DNA from: Tubulanus polymorphus
Lineage: Eukaryota > Animalia > Nemertea
Reading direction: 5' to 3'
NCBI RefSeq assembly: GCF_964204645.1
Contig: NC_134030.1
Span: 1,657,355 to 1,721,354, forward strand
Length of the DNA stretch: 64,000 bases
In this document: one piece after another, positions 24,101-34,740 of the stretch
Layout: each line of letters starts with the position of its first letter
Position numbering within the stretch: the stretch's first letter is position 1
Notes under the pieces: generated by a model
What the model was told of the DNA's origin: nothing
What the model saw: the letters and a program-made list of their open reading frames with translations, nothing else
Databases searched by the model: none
Translations under genes and position numbers: made by a program

Positions 24101-27100
24101 AACATTCTCGTGCCCCTTCTGGTCAGAATAATTCTAGTTCATATCGGGGAATGCTCCTAAAAGGAGCTCTTCCTCTCGGAGAAACTCAAAATGAATGCTC
24201 GGGGCCAGTGAGAGGTTGTCTATAACGAGCAGCCACCTACTGATCCGGCGTTCCCGGGTCGTATCACGGCGGCTACTGTCTTCAATTCTGAACACCTCCC
24301 GACATGCGCCCGAAAGCAGGTCACGAGACACTAATCTCGTCAGCTCTCAAAGATCTGGCCAAAAAGAGAGCAATAGAACCAGTACGCGACGAAGCCACAT
24401 CCGGCTGGTTTTCATGAATATTTATGCTCCTGAAGACCACAGGGCGTCGATGGACTGTCATTCCTCGAGCGGCACCTGGATATCCCGAGGCTTCCGATGA
24501 CTAAAACAGGGAGGTAATTCAAGGTCTCCGCCGAGGTTAATGGGCGGCTTCATTGGACCTGAAAGATGTCAGGTTCCTATTCACCCGAAATCTCATCAAT
24601 TTCACAGAATGAAGTGGAAACGCCGCCAGTTCCAGTTCAGGTCTCTTCCAGTCGGCCTCAGTACAGCCCACGCCCTGGGTATTTACCAGCTTGGGTCAAG
24701 TCCAGAAGGTACACTACACTCCAGGGCTGGGTTTCATAGATATGGAAGAAAAATAATTCCAGGGAACATTTTGAAATTTGTCAGTTATAACCATGGTTTC
24801 TCATTGTTAGTATGGTGGTTGAGGATTTATCCCTTTGGATAACTTTGATACTCAGTCTATGAAACCGGGTCCTGGAGTAATTGTCTGTTGGTTTACCTCG
24901 ACGACTGGTTACTAGTACCAAACTCGACTATAGAATGTCAGGAGGCGGTGACCGCTGTCGACCGCTGTCGTAGACTTAGTTCACCAGTTCCGCGTAAACT
25001 AAGTAAAATCTCACTTGATGCCGTCCCAACAGTTCACATCTCCGGATCAGCACGGTCTTTCCGTCCATGGCTCGAGTAGCCAAACTTCAAGAAGCGTAGT
25101 TACCACAAACGAGAGGACAGCTAGTTATCGGTGACGCCTTTGGCTAAATGCAATACCGCACTGCCAGGGATCGTATCTCTGGCTATCTACACATTCAGAG
25201 AATATTAACTAAAACCATAGGAAAGGGTCAAGCACTACTCCGAAAAAAAACTAATTTTATTTCCAAAAAATTATGATATTATATGGATTGCATGCTGTGT
25301 GGAAGAAGTTTTCAAAATTATTTAGGAGCTTATTATAATTTGAATACATGAATTGAGAGCAATTTGAAATGTGTTGATATCCGAAAGTTTTTTTATGACT
25401 TCACTCATTCACCTGATGAAGCTTCTATACATTAGTACCCAAAGCTTGTGTGTCAAATAAACTAGTTACACGTCCTATAAAGTACTACTTGTCTCGTTAT
25501 ATATTCTAAACCCCAGTTAACAATTCCAGTAAGTCAGGTTTAGGGAATAGATATTTAAACCTTGAGATGATACCGATGTGATACAATTCCAGTAAGTCAG
25601 GTTTAGGGAATAGATATTTAAACCTTGAGATGAAACCGATGTGATACAATTCCAGTAAGTCAGGTTTAGGGAATAGATATTTAAACCTTGAGATGATACC
25701 GATGTGATACAATTCCAGTAAGTCAGGTTTAGGGAATAGATATTTAAACCTTGAGATGAAACCGATGTGATACAATTCCAGTAAGTCAGGTTTAGGGAAT
25801 AGATATTTAAACCTTGAGATGAAATCGATGTGATACAATTCCAGTAAGTCAGGTTTAGGGAATAGATATTTAAACCTTGAGATGATACCGATGTGATACA
25901 ATTCCAGTAAGTCAAGTTTAGGGAATAGATATTTAAACCTTCAGATGAAACCGATGTGATACAATTCCAGTAAGTCAGGTTTAGGGAATAGATATTTAAA
26001 CCTTGAGATGAAACCGATGTGATACAATCCCAGTAAGTCAGGTTTAGGGAATAGATATTTAAACCTTGAGATGAAACCGATGTGATACAATTCCAGTAAG
26101 TCAGGTTTAGGGAATAGATATTTAAACCTTGAGATGATACCGATGTTATACAATTCCAGTAAGTCAGGTTTAGGGAATAGATATTTAAACCTTGAGATGA
26201 AACTGATGTGATACAATTCCAGTAAGTCAGGTTTAGGGAATAGATATTTAAACCTTCAGATGAAACCGATGTGATACAATTCCAGTAAGTCAGGTTTAGG
26301 GAATAGATATTTAAACCTTGAGATGAAACCGATGTGATACAATTCCAGTAAGTCAGGTTTAGGGAATAGATATTTAAACCTTCAGATGAAACCGATGTGA
26401 TACAATTCCAGTAAGTCAAGTTTAGGGAATAGATATTTAAACCTTGAGATGAAACCGATGTGATACAATTCCAGTAAGTCAGGTTTAGGGAATAGATATT
26501 TAAACCTTGAGATGAAACCGATGTGATACAATTCCAGTAAGTCAGGTTTAGGGAATAGATATTTAAACCTTGAGATGATACCGATGTTAAAAAATTCCAG
26601 TAAGTCAGGTTTAGGGAATAGATATTTAAACCTTGAGATGAAACCGATGTTATACAATTCCAGTAAGTCAGGTTTAGGGAATAGATATTTAAACCTTGAG
26701 ATGAAACCGATGTAATACAATTCCAGTAAGTCAGGTTTAGGGAATAGATATTTAAACCTTCAGATGAAACCGATGTGATACAATTCCAGTAAGTCAGGTT
26801 TAGGGAATAGATATTTAAACCTTCAGATGATACCGATGAATTTAGCAATTTTGAATGAATTAAACCAATATGAGATTTCGATCCTAAGAATATTGGAAGC
26901 TTGTGTTTAACGTTACTAAATATTAATATTATATAAAGCTAGAAGGACACGAGGGTATCCATTTTTTGCCCGATCGCGACGATTAAATTCGCCGGTGAAT
27001 TTATACGCCCGATACGAGCGGGTACCGATCTATCTATAAATCGGCCGTCACGGTGATTTTCGTCGCCCGCCGACATTAAACATGTTCGATATTTACGCCG

Positions 27101-30100
27101 GTGTTCGGGTCACTTGTTAATTCGCTCGTCTTGTCGGCAAGCTTAAAAAGATTTAGAAAAAACTAGAAATTCTCATTCCTGAATGAACTGGATTCATCTG
27201 GGTTCAGTTTCATGAGACACAGTTCAAACTGCTCTTGAATTTGAGTTTGTAATTAATGTATGTGATTATAATGAATTGTATTTTTGTTTTACAGCTTTGG
27301 CATTTCGGTTAAGACGTGCGTTCCGGCGGGAGGAGTTCGTCAGAATATTTCTACCGGAGTGTAAGTAGTTTAACTATTTTCATACAATATCATTTAGTGT
27401 GACGTGTGTTACTGATTCAGGCACGGATCCAGGAATTTTTCCAAGACGGGGTTCATAAAAATGCTGACTAAAATCTCTAATAATAGCCGGGGCCTATACG
27501 GCATATTTTTTGGCCAAACATAAGGCCTTTTTTTAATAGCATGGTTTGGTTGCTCCCAAAATTTGAAGAAACATAAAATAAAAAAGAATTAGAAAAAAAA
27601 TTTTTTATTCCTGTCTGTGAAACAAATTCAGTGAAAAACCGAGCAAAAAAGATTTTTCACCTCGGCCGAATGAGAATCCTGGATTGAACGATGAAACAAT
27701 TGAAAAACGCGAGGTTCTTTTTTGATCGCAGTGTGCAGAATTCAAACTTTCCAAGAATCATTTGTTCGGACATATGTATATTGCCCTATTGACAGTTCCC
27801 TCTTCCTTCTAAAAGTGATTTTATCTCACTGAGGGAATTTTTAAAAAATTTTCTCTGAAATGATATGGTAGCGTTTTTTTTTTGCTTTAAAAATTTTTTG
27901 GTAGCCGATCAGCGGGGTCACGACCCCTGAAACCCTCCCTGGATCCGCGCCTATGATATCTCCTCAAAATCTAATAAAAACTTTCAATGAATTAATGCTG
28001 TAATGACGATATGTAGCCATCTGTCTATTTGAATGCATTTGCAAAAAGACAAAAAGAAATAGTAGCAGAATTTTGGCTAAAAGTTTAGAATACCCAAATT
28101 CAACATTGCTTGCAGCAGACGGAATTTCCGCCATTTTGGTTAACAGGGGATTCCCCCCTCCGGTACTTCCCATGATCAATAGTGTCTATGACGCGTTGCG
28201 TACGGAATGCCATGGAATTCCCTCACATGATTTATGATAATAATGTTTACTTGCATTCTGATTGGTTAAAATCGCGTGTAGTTTGAACGTAGGCAATGTT
28301 TACATTTGTAACGTCACCGGCGAGTCGCTGACATTAACGTAGTCATTGAGTTAACATTATCTTGCACTGAATGGTGATATCAATCGCATTCATTTTATAA
28401 ATATTTTGAATATGAATTTGTTTTTATATATCAACTGCGAGTAACAGTGTTACGCTATTGAGTCTTAAGAGACAGCCTTTATGGACCTTATTGGTTGTTA
28501 TAACTCACAAGCTGACTGAGTTAGCATTCTGGATCCGTCAGATTAGTTACTTCTAGAAAATATGTTAGTCACATTTTCTGACTATATTCTGGAAAACAGT
28601 GGAAGCTTGTATCCACCCTAGATTAGAACCAATCAGAATAGAACCAATCAGAATACACTATTTTACAGAAAATGTATTTATGACAATTGCGTAAGGTTTT
28701 AGTAAAATAGTGTTTTTTCTCGAGTAGTTGCCGAAGAAGCATAAAAATTTGATTCAATTTCATTCAGATTTAAACAAACAAATCGAATTTCATTTCATTC
28801 AGCGCAAACTTCAAATCTAATTCAAATTTTGTTCAGTATGAATAAGTTGCGAATCATTGAGAGGAAAAAATAATTAATTGTGTTACTTAAAAAAATCACA
28901 ATTGTACTGTGTTTATCAAAACAGGAGACCACAGGACCTTTGGTCCTCTAGTATTCTTTTCCTAGTTATTCCAAAAACACTAAAACAGTCCAATCAATGA
29001 TCGCTGCCAGACCAACACGATTACATTGAAATCAAACTTAAGTAACATCAGGCGCCCCCTGTTGGAATAATATTCATAGCCGTAGCATCGAAACCATTCG
29101 ACTTGTTGTTTAATGTATTTCTCTCTATTTTTATTTTACAGTGATGAACATTTTAGAAGAATGTCCGTTTGGGGACTTGGTGGGGGAATTCAAAAGAAAC
29201 TTGGTTCCCGATAGGATACCACCACCGGTTAATCCTATGTCGCCCGCTGTTGCCCCTCCCCCACGTCCATTAAATTCGCCTCAGCAGCGGCCTGTCAGAC
29301 AGCCGCCCCCGGCCGCCACTCGTTCGTCAGACAGAGTCCGGGGACGGCTGTTTGAAGGAGATCTGACGGAGGTAAGAATCTTTATTTGTTTTCATATTTT
29401 ATTCAGGATATCAGTTGAAGTTCAGCAAATAAATTACCAGACCTGTAAACAGAAGAGTAGTCATAAATTTCCATTTGCGGGTAAAACCCCATAGTCGAAA
29501 ACCTTCGGTTATTGATCTATATCTGCTTAAGACCAATGGTTGTACACACGAGTGCGAAAACTTATCGCTCAAACTTTGATTGTATCCATGGTAACGCGTA
29601 CAGTATACTATGCGTGACTTACCGTTTCCTATCACTGGAATACAATACTGTTTTAGACCATGAGCGCCATCTGCGGCGGTCATAACGGACTGAGTGGTGA
29701 TTGGCTGAAATGCTCGTCTTCCGTGGTGACGATTATTCGGTGTTACACGTGCAGCAGACACGTCTCTGAATATCTAACATTTGATTGTTGTAACTCATCG
29801 GGAAAAATATGTTTATGAGTCGATTTTTTGTCGAAATTTTGTTCGGCAGAAAATTGGCTGCGTACGTCAAGAAGGCGGCTGATATTTGTATCGTGTGACC
29901 CCTCGTCCCGGTAATATGCCGACCCACGTACACCTGAGACCAGTTGCATAGTCAGAGCTTAGAATTAAGACCGTTCTAAGACCAACTTAGTTCTATAGCC
30001 AATCTAATAACTTAAGACCAGTCTTTAGATTTAAGACCACTTTTGGACTTAAGTCTTGACCATGGAATCGGCCCCAGATGCTTATTCCGCTGTATTGGAT

Positions 30101-30898
30101 GCTGACGTGCTCGTGTCTTCCAGCAATGTTGTTATTCACCAAAAATATCATGTTTTGTTTGAATAACACGATTCATCTGAGTCTGGGTTTAACGGATGAC
30201 ACGTTCACACAGAACTACGAAATCAATATCAGAAGTCCTTTTATATTGAAACGGTCCCAGAAGTCCCTGTTATAATGGGTACTTTTTCAAAAAAAGTAAC
30301 GAGAACTCCGATGGCTTTCCGTATCGGTAAAAACTAACTATTTCTATGAGCGTCACTCGTAGATTTACTGAAACGCCACCTTGTGACACGATATCCTAAC
30401 TACGTATAGGTGTTTTATTTGCTGAATCGCTGGTTTCTCATTCTCATTTTTTATACTTGTGTTTAATTTTATACTAAACAAATTTTTCACTTTTTCTCTT
30501 TACAGACACGACCACCGCCAAAAAAAACTAGAACAAAAAGGAAAAGAAAAGTTGCGGTCGTCGTGGCTCCGCAGGGAGGAGGAGCAAGAGTGGTCCCGGC
30601 GGATGGTGCGGCTGACGAAGGTAATCGGGAGGAAGGGGAGGGGATAAATAGGAAGCGGCCGAGGAGGGATGGTGGTGGGGCTGGGGATGGTGCGGGTCCT
30701 GCTCCTCCTGCTCCTCCATCCGTATCTCGGGCGGTCACTCGTTCACTCGCCAAAAAGCTGGCGAGTGAACGAGTGGCCCGAGAGGTAGAGGTGGTGGCCC
30801 GACATACGGATGGAATGTGGGAGGAGCGGCTTCGTTCGGGGACAATTCCGGATTTGTTAACTGATTTAAAAAATATTCTTTCAGTGAAGGGATATTAG
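15124..30898 (+). CDS. Spliced 9-exon gene for a 340-aa uncharacterised, probably disordered nuclear protein: join(15124..15186,16351..16440,16850..16888,17265..17291,19161..19199,19410..19485,27295..27360,29142..29371,30506..30898)
   Basis: Every exon has a polypyrimidine-AG acceptor and every internal donor is GTAAG; junction phases 0,0,0,0,0,1,1,0 match; 1023 nt with no internal stop: MPKANKKTRGVGPSTSSPYNK|GTAQ17KFNISMSGID|FLPTTPPSGVSTP|DLSPIQHVD|RQFASQARSPSLN|LSNNS7APLPPETPPDLQAR|TLAFRLRRAFRREEFVRIFLPE|LMNILEECPFGDLVGEFKRNLVPDRIPPP...EGDLTE|TRPPPKKTRTKRKRK...KNILSVKGY*. Confidence 0.82.
15249..15361. mobile_element. Small palindromic MITE (CTG-flanked)
   Basis: TIRs GGTCCAGTTTCACAAA / TTTGTGAAACTGGGCC; relatives at 24722-24874 and 29934-30077. 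Confidence 0.7.
15938..16082. mobile_element. TA-flanked MITE (Tc1/mariner-like ends)
   Basis: TA-CAGCAGACTC ... GAGTCTACTG-TA. Confidence 0.5.
18089..18402. mobile_element. MITE with 14-bp TIR
   Basis: ATGGGATACCCGCA ... TGCGGGTATCCCAT. Confidence 0.6.
20949..22154. mobile_element. Non-autonomous DNA transposon with CAGGGTTC TIRs and 5-bp TSD (hAT-like ends)
   Basis: CTGAA|CAGGGTTC...GAACCCTG|CTGAA; subterminal CTTGAA repeats at both ends. Confidence 0.85.
21410..21869. mobile_element. Nested MITE with GGCC termini (Zator-like)
   Basis: GGCCATCCAAAA..GTCTGTTTGCCGT / ACGGCAAAACAGAC..TTTGGGATGGCC. Confidence 0.6.
22566..22727. repeat. 35-bp tandem repeat, ~4.6 copies
   Basis: GTCGAGGGACCGTTTAGGAAGTTCACGTCTTTCAC at 22566, 22601, 22636, 22671, 22706. 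Confidence 0.9.
22910..23490. repeat. ~161-bp satellite, ~3.6 copies, possibly the core of a non-autonomous Helentron-type element
   Basis: GAGCCTTATTG at 22915, 23071, 23232, 23393; contains CCAAGATGGCCGCC; downstream hairpin CTTGAC-TCACTG-GTCAAG near 23682. Confidence 0.8.
24330..25000 (+). pseudogene. DIRS1-type reverse transcriptase remnant
   Basis: WAASLDLKD, VPIHPKSHQF..MKWKRRQFQFRSLPVGLSTA and LLVYLDDWLLV found in shifting frames; interrupted by a MITE at 24722-24874. Confidence 0.85.
25520..26838. repeat. 63-bp minisatellite, ~21 copies
   Basis: Unit ACAATTCCAGTAAGTCAGGTTTAGGGAATAGATATTTAAACCTTGAGATGAAACCGATGTGAT. Confidence 0.97.
27419..27952. mobile_element. MITE with ~15-bp TIR
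   Basis: AGGCACGGATCCAGG ... CCTGGATCCGCGCCT. Confidence 0.65.
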
Positions 30899-30951
30899 GT
30901 GCCTTGAACGCATGAGTCGTTCATGCGCGCCTAATATGCCTTCACTGAAAA
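30878..30951 (+). other. ~74-nt stem-loop enclosing the MPK stop codon
   Basis: TTTTCAGTGAAGG/CCTTCACTGAAAA, ATATTAGG/CCTAATAT, CGCATGA/TCATGCG. Confidence 0.7.
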
Positions 30952-31499
30952 AAAATCAACTATAACATGTACCACATATTTTTTGATTTAATATTAGTCC
31001 AATTCCACAATTATTTCGGCTTTCAATAGTGTCTTCAATTCTTTAAAGCCCAAAGCACCTTTTTGACTCAACATCCAGTATGAAGGTGGCCGGGAATCGG
31101 GCCTGTTTTCTTCCATTTTTGTATCCCGCCCAGCATACTGGTTGTTGACTCGAAAAGGTGCTCGCTCTGGGAGCTTATCAAAGGCAGGTGATGGGAAAGG
31201 TGCCATCACACACTCTCCTTTGATAAGTTTCCTAGAGTGTCACGGGCTTTAACGGGTTGAATTCACTATAATACCAATTTTCCAAAATCAATTTAATTTC
31301 TTTCAGGCCATTCTTTTTCCATGTTTTTCTGGTACATGTTATGGTTGATTTCCATTTTCGAAAATCCGGAATTGAAGCCGTTCGAAGTCGGGGGGATGGT
31401 GGTGGGGTTGGGTTAGTTTAGGGTTCCTCTCTGATTACCTTCTTTAGCTCATCATCCGTGCAGGTGGCGCTTGCTCTTCTAGCCGGTGTTCCCTGGGGT

Positions 31500-32125
31500 A
31501 AACATTTTAAATTTAAAAAATCAAAAATAAAAAAAAATTATAAAATCTTTAAAAATCTCATCTCATTTCATCCAATTTATTTATTTGCGGGTGCGATGCC
31601 TATCGCACCCATTCATGTCATCCATCAAATAAAAATTAAAACTAAAAACGAAAAAAAATATAAAAATTTAAAAAATCTCATCTCATTTCATCCAATTTAT
31701 TTGCGGGTGCGATTCCTATCGCACCCATTCATGTCATTCATCCAAAAAAAATAAAAAACTAAAAACGAAAAAAAAATATAAAAATTAAAAAAATCTCATC
31801 TCATTTCATCCAATTTATTTATTTGCGGGTGCGATTCCTATCGCACCCATTCATGTCATTCATCCAAAAAAAAATAAAAAACTAAAAACGAAAAAAAAAT
31901 ATTAAAATTAAAAAATCTCATCTCATTTCATCCAATTTATTTATTTGCGGGTGCGATCCCTATCGCACCCATTCATGTCATTCATCAAAAAAAAATTAAA
32001 ACTAAAAACGAAAAAAAATATAAAAATTTAAAAAATCTCATCTCATTTCATCCAATTTATTTATTTGCGGGTGCGATTCCTATCGCACCCATTCATGTCA
32101 TTCATCCAAAAAAAATTTAAAAACT
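31500..32125. repeat. ~120-bp tandem repeat (5 copies), each with a 9-bp GC hairpin between A-rich tracts
   Basis: GGGTGCGAT-N4-ATCGCACCC in each unit. Confidence 0.9.
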
Positions 32126-32374
32126 AGAAATTAAAGTTCTAAGTTTGTTGTTAGATTCTATTGAAAGAACGTTGTAAAGTTCTTAATTTGTCGTAAAAAA
32201 CGTTTGAAAAAAAGAACTTCTTAAAGTTCTCAATCTGCCGTAAAATGCAATTGAAAAGATTATAACTCACATGAAAATTAAAAAGATAAAATAATTGATA
32301 AATAATCATTAATAAAAATTGAACTTTGGTCTCGCAATGTTTCCCCGTTATGCATTTTTTACTCGTCGTCAAAC

Positions 32375-32980
32375 ATCGGCAGCTCATCGTCGATACTCGC
32401 AGCTCGATACACACCAGCAGCTCGTCGTCGATACACACCAGCAGCTCGATACACACCAGCAGCTTGTCGTCGATACTCACCAGCATCTCGATTCACACCA
32501 GCAGTTCGTCGTTGATACACACCAGCAGTTCGTCGTCGATACACACCAGCAGTTCGTCATCGATACACACCAGCAGTTCGTCGTCGATACACACCAGCAG
32601 CTCGATACACACCAGCAGTTCGTCATCTATACACACCAGCAGTTTGTCGTCGATACACACCAGCAGTTCGTCGTCGATACACACCAGCAGTTCGTCGTCG
32701 ATACACACCAGCAGTTCGTCGTCGATACACACCAGCAGCTCGATACTCAGCAGCAGTTTGATACACACCAGCAGCTCGTCGATACACACCAGCAGTTCGT
32801 CGTCGATACACACCAGAAGCTCGATACACACCAGCAGCTCGTCGTCGATACACACCAGCCGCTCGATACTCACAGCTCGATACACACCAGCAGCTCGTCG
32901 ATACACACCAGCAGCTCGATACTCACCAGCAGCTCGATACACACCAGCAGCTCGTCGTCGATACACACCAGCAGCTTGAT
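32375..32980. repeat. 18/21/24-bp repeat GATACACACCAGCAGYTC(GTC)n
   Basis: Direct inspection; produces ORFs in many frames on both strands. Confidence 0.9.
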
Positions 32981-33954
32981 ACCAAAACAGCTTTTAGCTG
33001 GTGAAAACCTACCCCCCATCGGGGTTAAACATGATCAAGCTATTATTCTAGGAATATAACTGTTGCAAGGGAAGTTAAGATTCATTATATCCTAAACTTG
33101 ATACAAAGAGATTATTGCTAATTATGAATTTCAAGGGTTTAAAAACTGATTTAAAAATCTTGAAAGACGCTCGGTCTCACTAGAGATTTTCATCTTAAAG
33201 ATTTATTGTCCTCTTACTATTGTTTAGGTGATCTATAATTTGGTAAATGCTGCTGTTGGAAAGATGCCAGAAGAAAGTTGATTCGTGCACATCTTCACTT
33301 CACGTATTTATTGCACAAGGCGCCGACTTGCACCTGCACTACACCATTCACACTTCACCACTTCTGCATCTTTATCAATTAATTCTGGCATCTATTTGAA
33401 AATTACTTTAAACATCAGATCTCAAACTGAAACATTGAGGTATTGAATTTCAAACTGAAATATCGAGCTATCGAATCTCGATCTCAAATGTTTACTGGAA
33501 GCCATATTTGATGTTGTATTATTCATCATAAATTGTTTAGTGTTTTCTGGCATATGCGGGCCATTTAAGATGGTCAGATAAATTCCCCGGTGGAAAATAT
33601 ATCTCGTGGAAGAGTCATGGAAATGAAAAATATCTTATGTAGATGTGAAGTTAGGAACCTTGCAACAGTTATTCCACCTGAGGATAATTTGATATAAGAT
33701 GAATCAGTTATTGGATCATTTAACTGAAGCCAAATATAGTGAAAAATCTTAGTAAAAATTTGTCTCAAACTACAATTGAAAGGACTTATCACAGTTCTAA
33801 TTCGACTCTAGGTGCGTTCAGAAGAACTTCTTAACAGTGAAAAAACTTGACTAAAAATCAGGAATCGACCCTGTTCATTGATAAGATTTGATCTTTATTT
33901 GAAGATTAAGAATCAAACTCGCTAATTCACAATTTTTGGTAGTAAATACTGTTG

Positions 33955-34160
33955 ATCCATCATATTCGCAGCCCCCCGTGGGCTTACCAATCCATCATAC
34001 GTGCAGCCACTTTGCGCTTACCAGTCTATCATACTCGCAGCCCCAGTGGGCTTTTCGATCCATCATACGTGCAGCCCCCGTGGGCTTACCAGTCCATCAT
34101 ACTCGCAGCCCCAGTGGGCTTATCAATCCATCATACGCGCAGCCCCCTTGGGCTTATCAA
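33955..34160. repeat. Short (~35-40-bp) degenerate tandem repeat, ~5-6 copies
   Basis: ATCCATCATACTCGCAGCCCCCGTGGGCTTA units. Confidence 0.8.
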
Positions 34161-34347
34161 TGAGAAACATTCAGACATAGTAACCGTTTTACTCGTGCTT
34201 TTCAACGACACCGTCTTATCACTCTGTAGAACGGCGATCGCAGCGTGAAATTTGTAATCGTATTTCTCCGCTGAATTTGAATATTTGATACGCGACGCGC
34301 GTGATTGAAGCTTTGTTTATGTTCGTGCTTGCCGCGATGAATTGTCA

Positions 34348-34740
34348 TTAATATATCCTCCGTACAGGAGGACCATGAAAAGGTTTGAAGGGATCCCTAG
34401 TTAGCGCTTGTCCAGGTTTGGCTCTGGACCCGCTTGTTCGACTAGGCATCTTGTTGGAAATTTTGTCGACTGAAACTTCCGTAACTTTCGTTTTAGACCT
34501 CGCTGCTCGAAGAGCCGTTGCTGCGTCGGTTACTGTCATGCTTCGGCACAATTTTGAACGATTGTTGGAAACCGCCTTGTTCTTCTGCTGCAGATGTTGA
34601 CTGTGTCGTACCCACAGTAAAGTAGCCATCTTAAATTCAAATAGTTTCGGACATTTGAGGTCCTCATCAACTCCGAGTCTTCATTCAACTGCAGTTACTG
34701 CCATTTGCCAGTGTCTGATGTAGAAGTTCTGACTTGACAT
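34348..34740 (-). pseudogene. 130-codon basic ORF with one in-frame TGA
   Basis: MSSQNFYIRHWQMAVTAVE*RLGVDEDLKCPKLFEFK continues in frame into track ORF MATLLWVR...; same TGA in the copy at 1-203. Confidence 0.3.

Larger units (their letters stand above)
19587..25245 (+). mobile_element. Degenerate DIRS1-like retrotransposon in intron 6; no recombinase region seen
   Basis: Imperfect inverted termini (GACCCTTTCCTATG 19603 / CATAGGAAAGGGTC 25216; GTATTGCATTTAGCCA 19677 / TGGCTAAATGCAATAC 25141); Cys-containing gag-like start near 19951; frameshifted RT motifs. Confidence 0.8.

Noticed and set aside
25506-26848. 443-aa and other repetitive ORFs (LRR-looking)
   Set aside because: Pure translations of a 63-bp minisatellite, open in two frames with no unique flanks; lies antisense in an intron
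32319-33059. 246-aa DTHQQFVV-repeat protein
   Set aside because: Unit lengths are multiples of 3 so many frames on both strands are open; non-ATG start and no splice support
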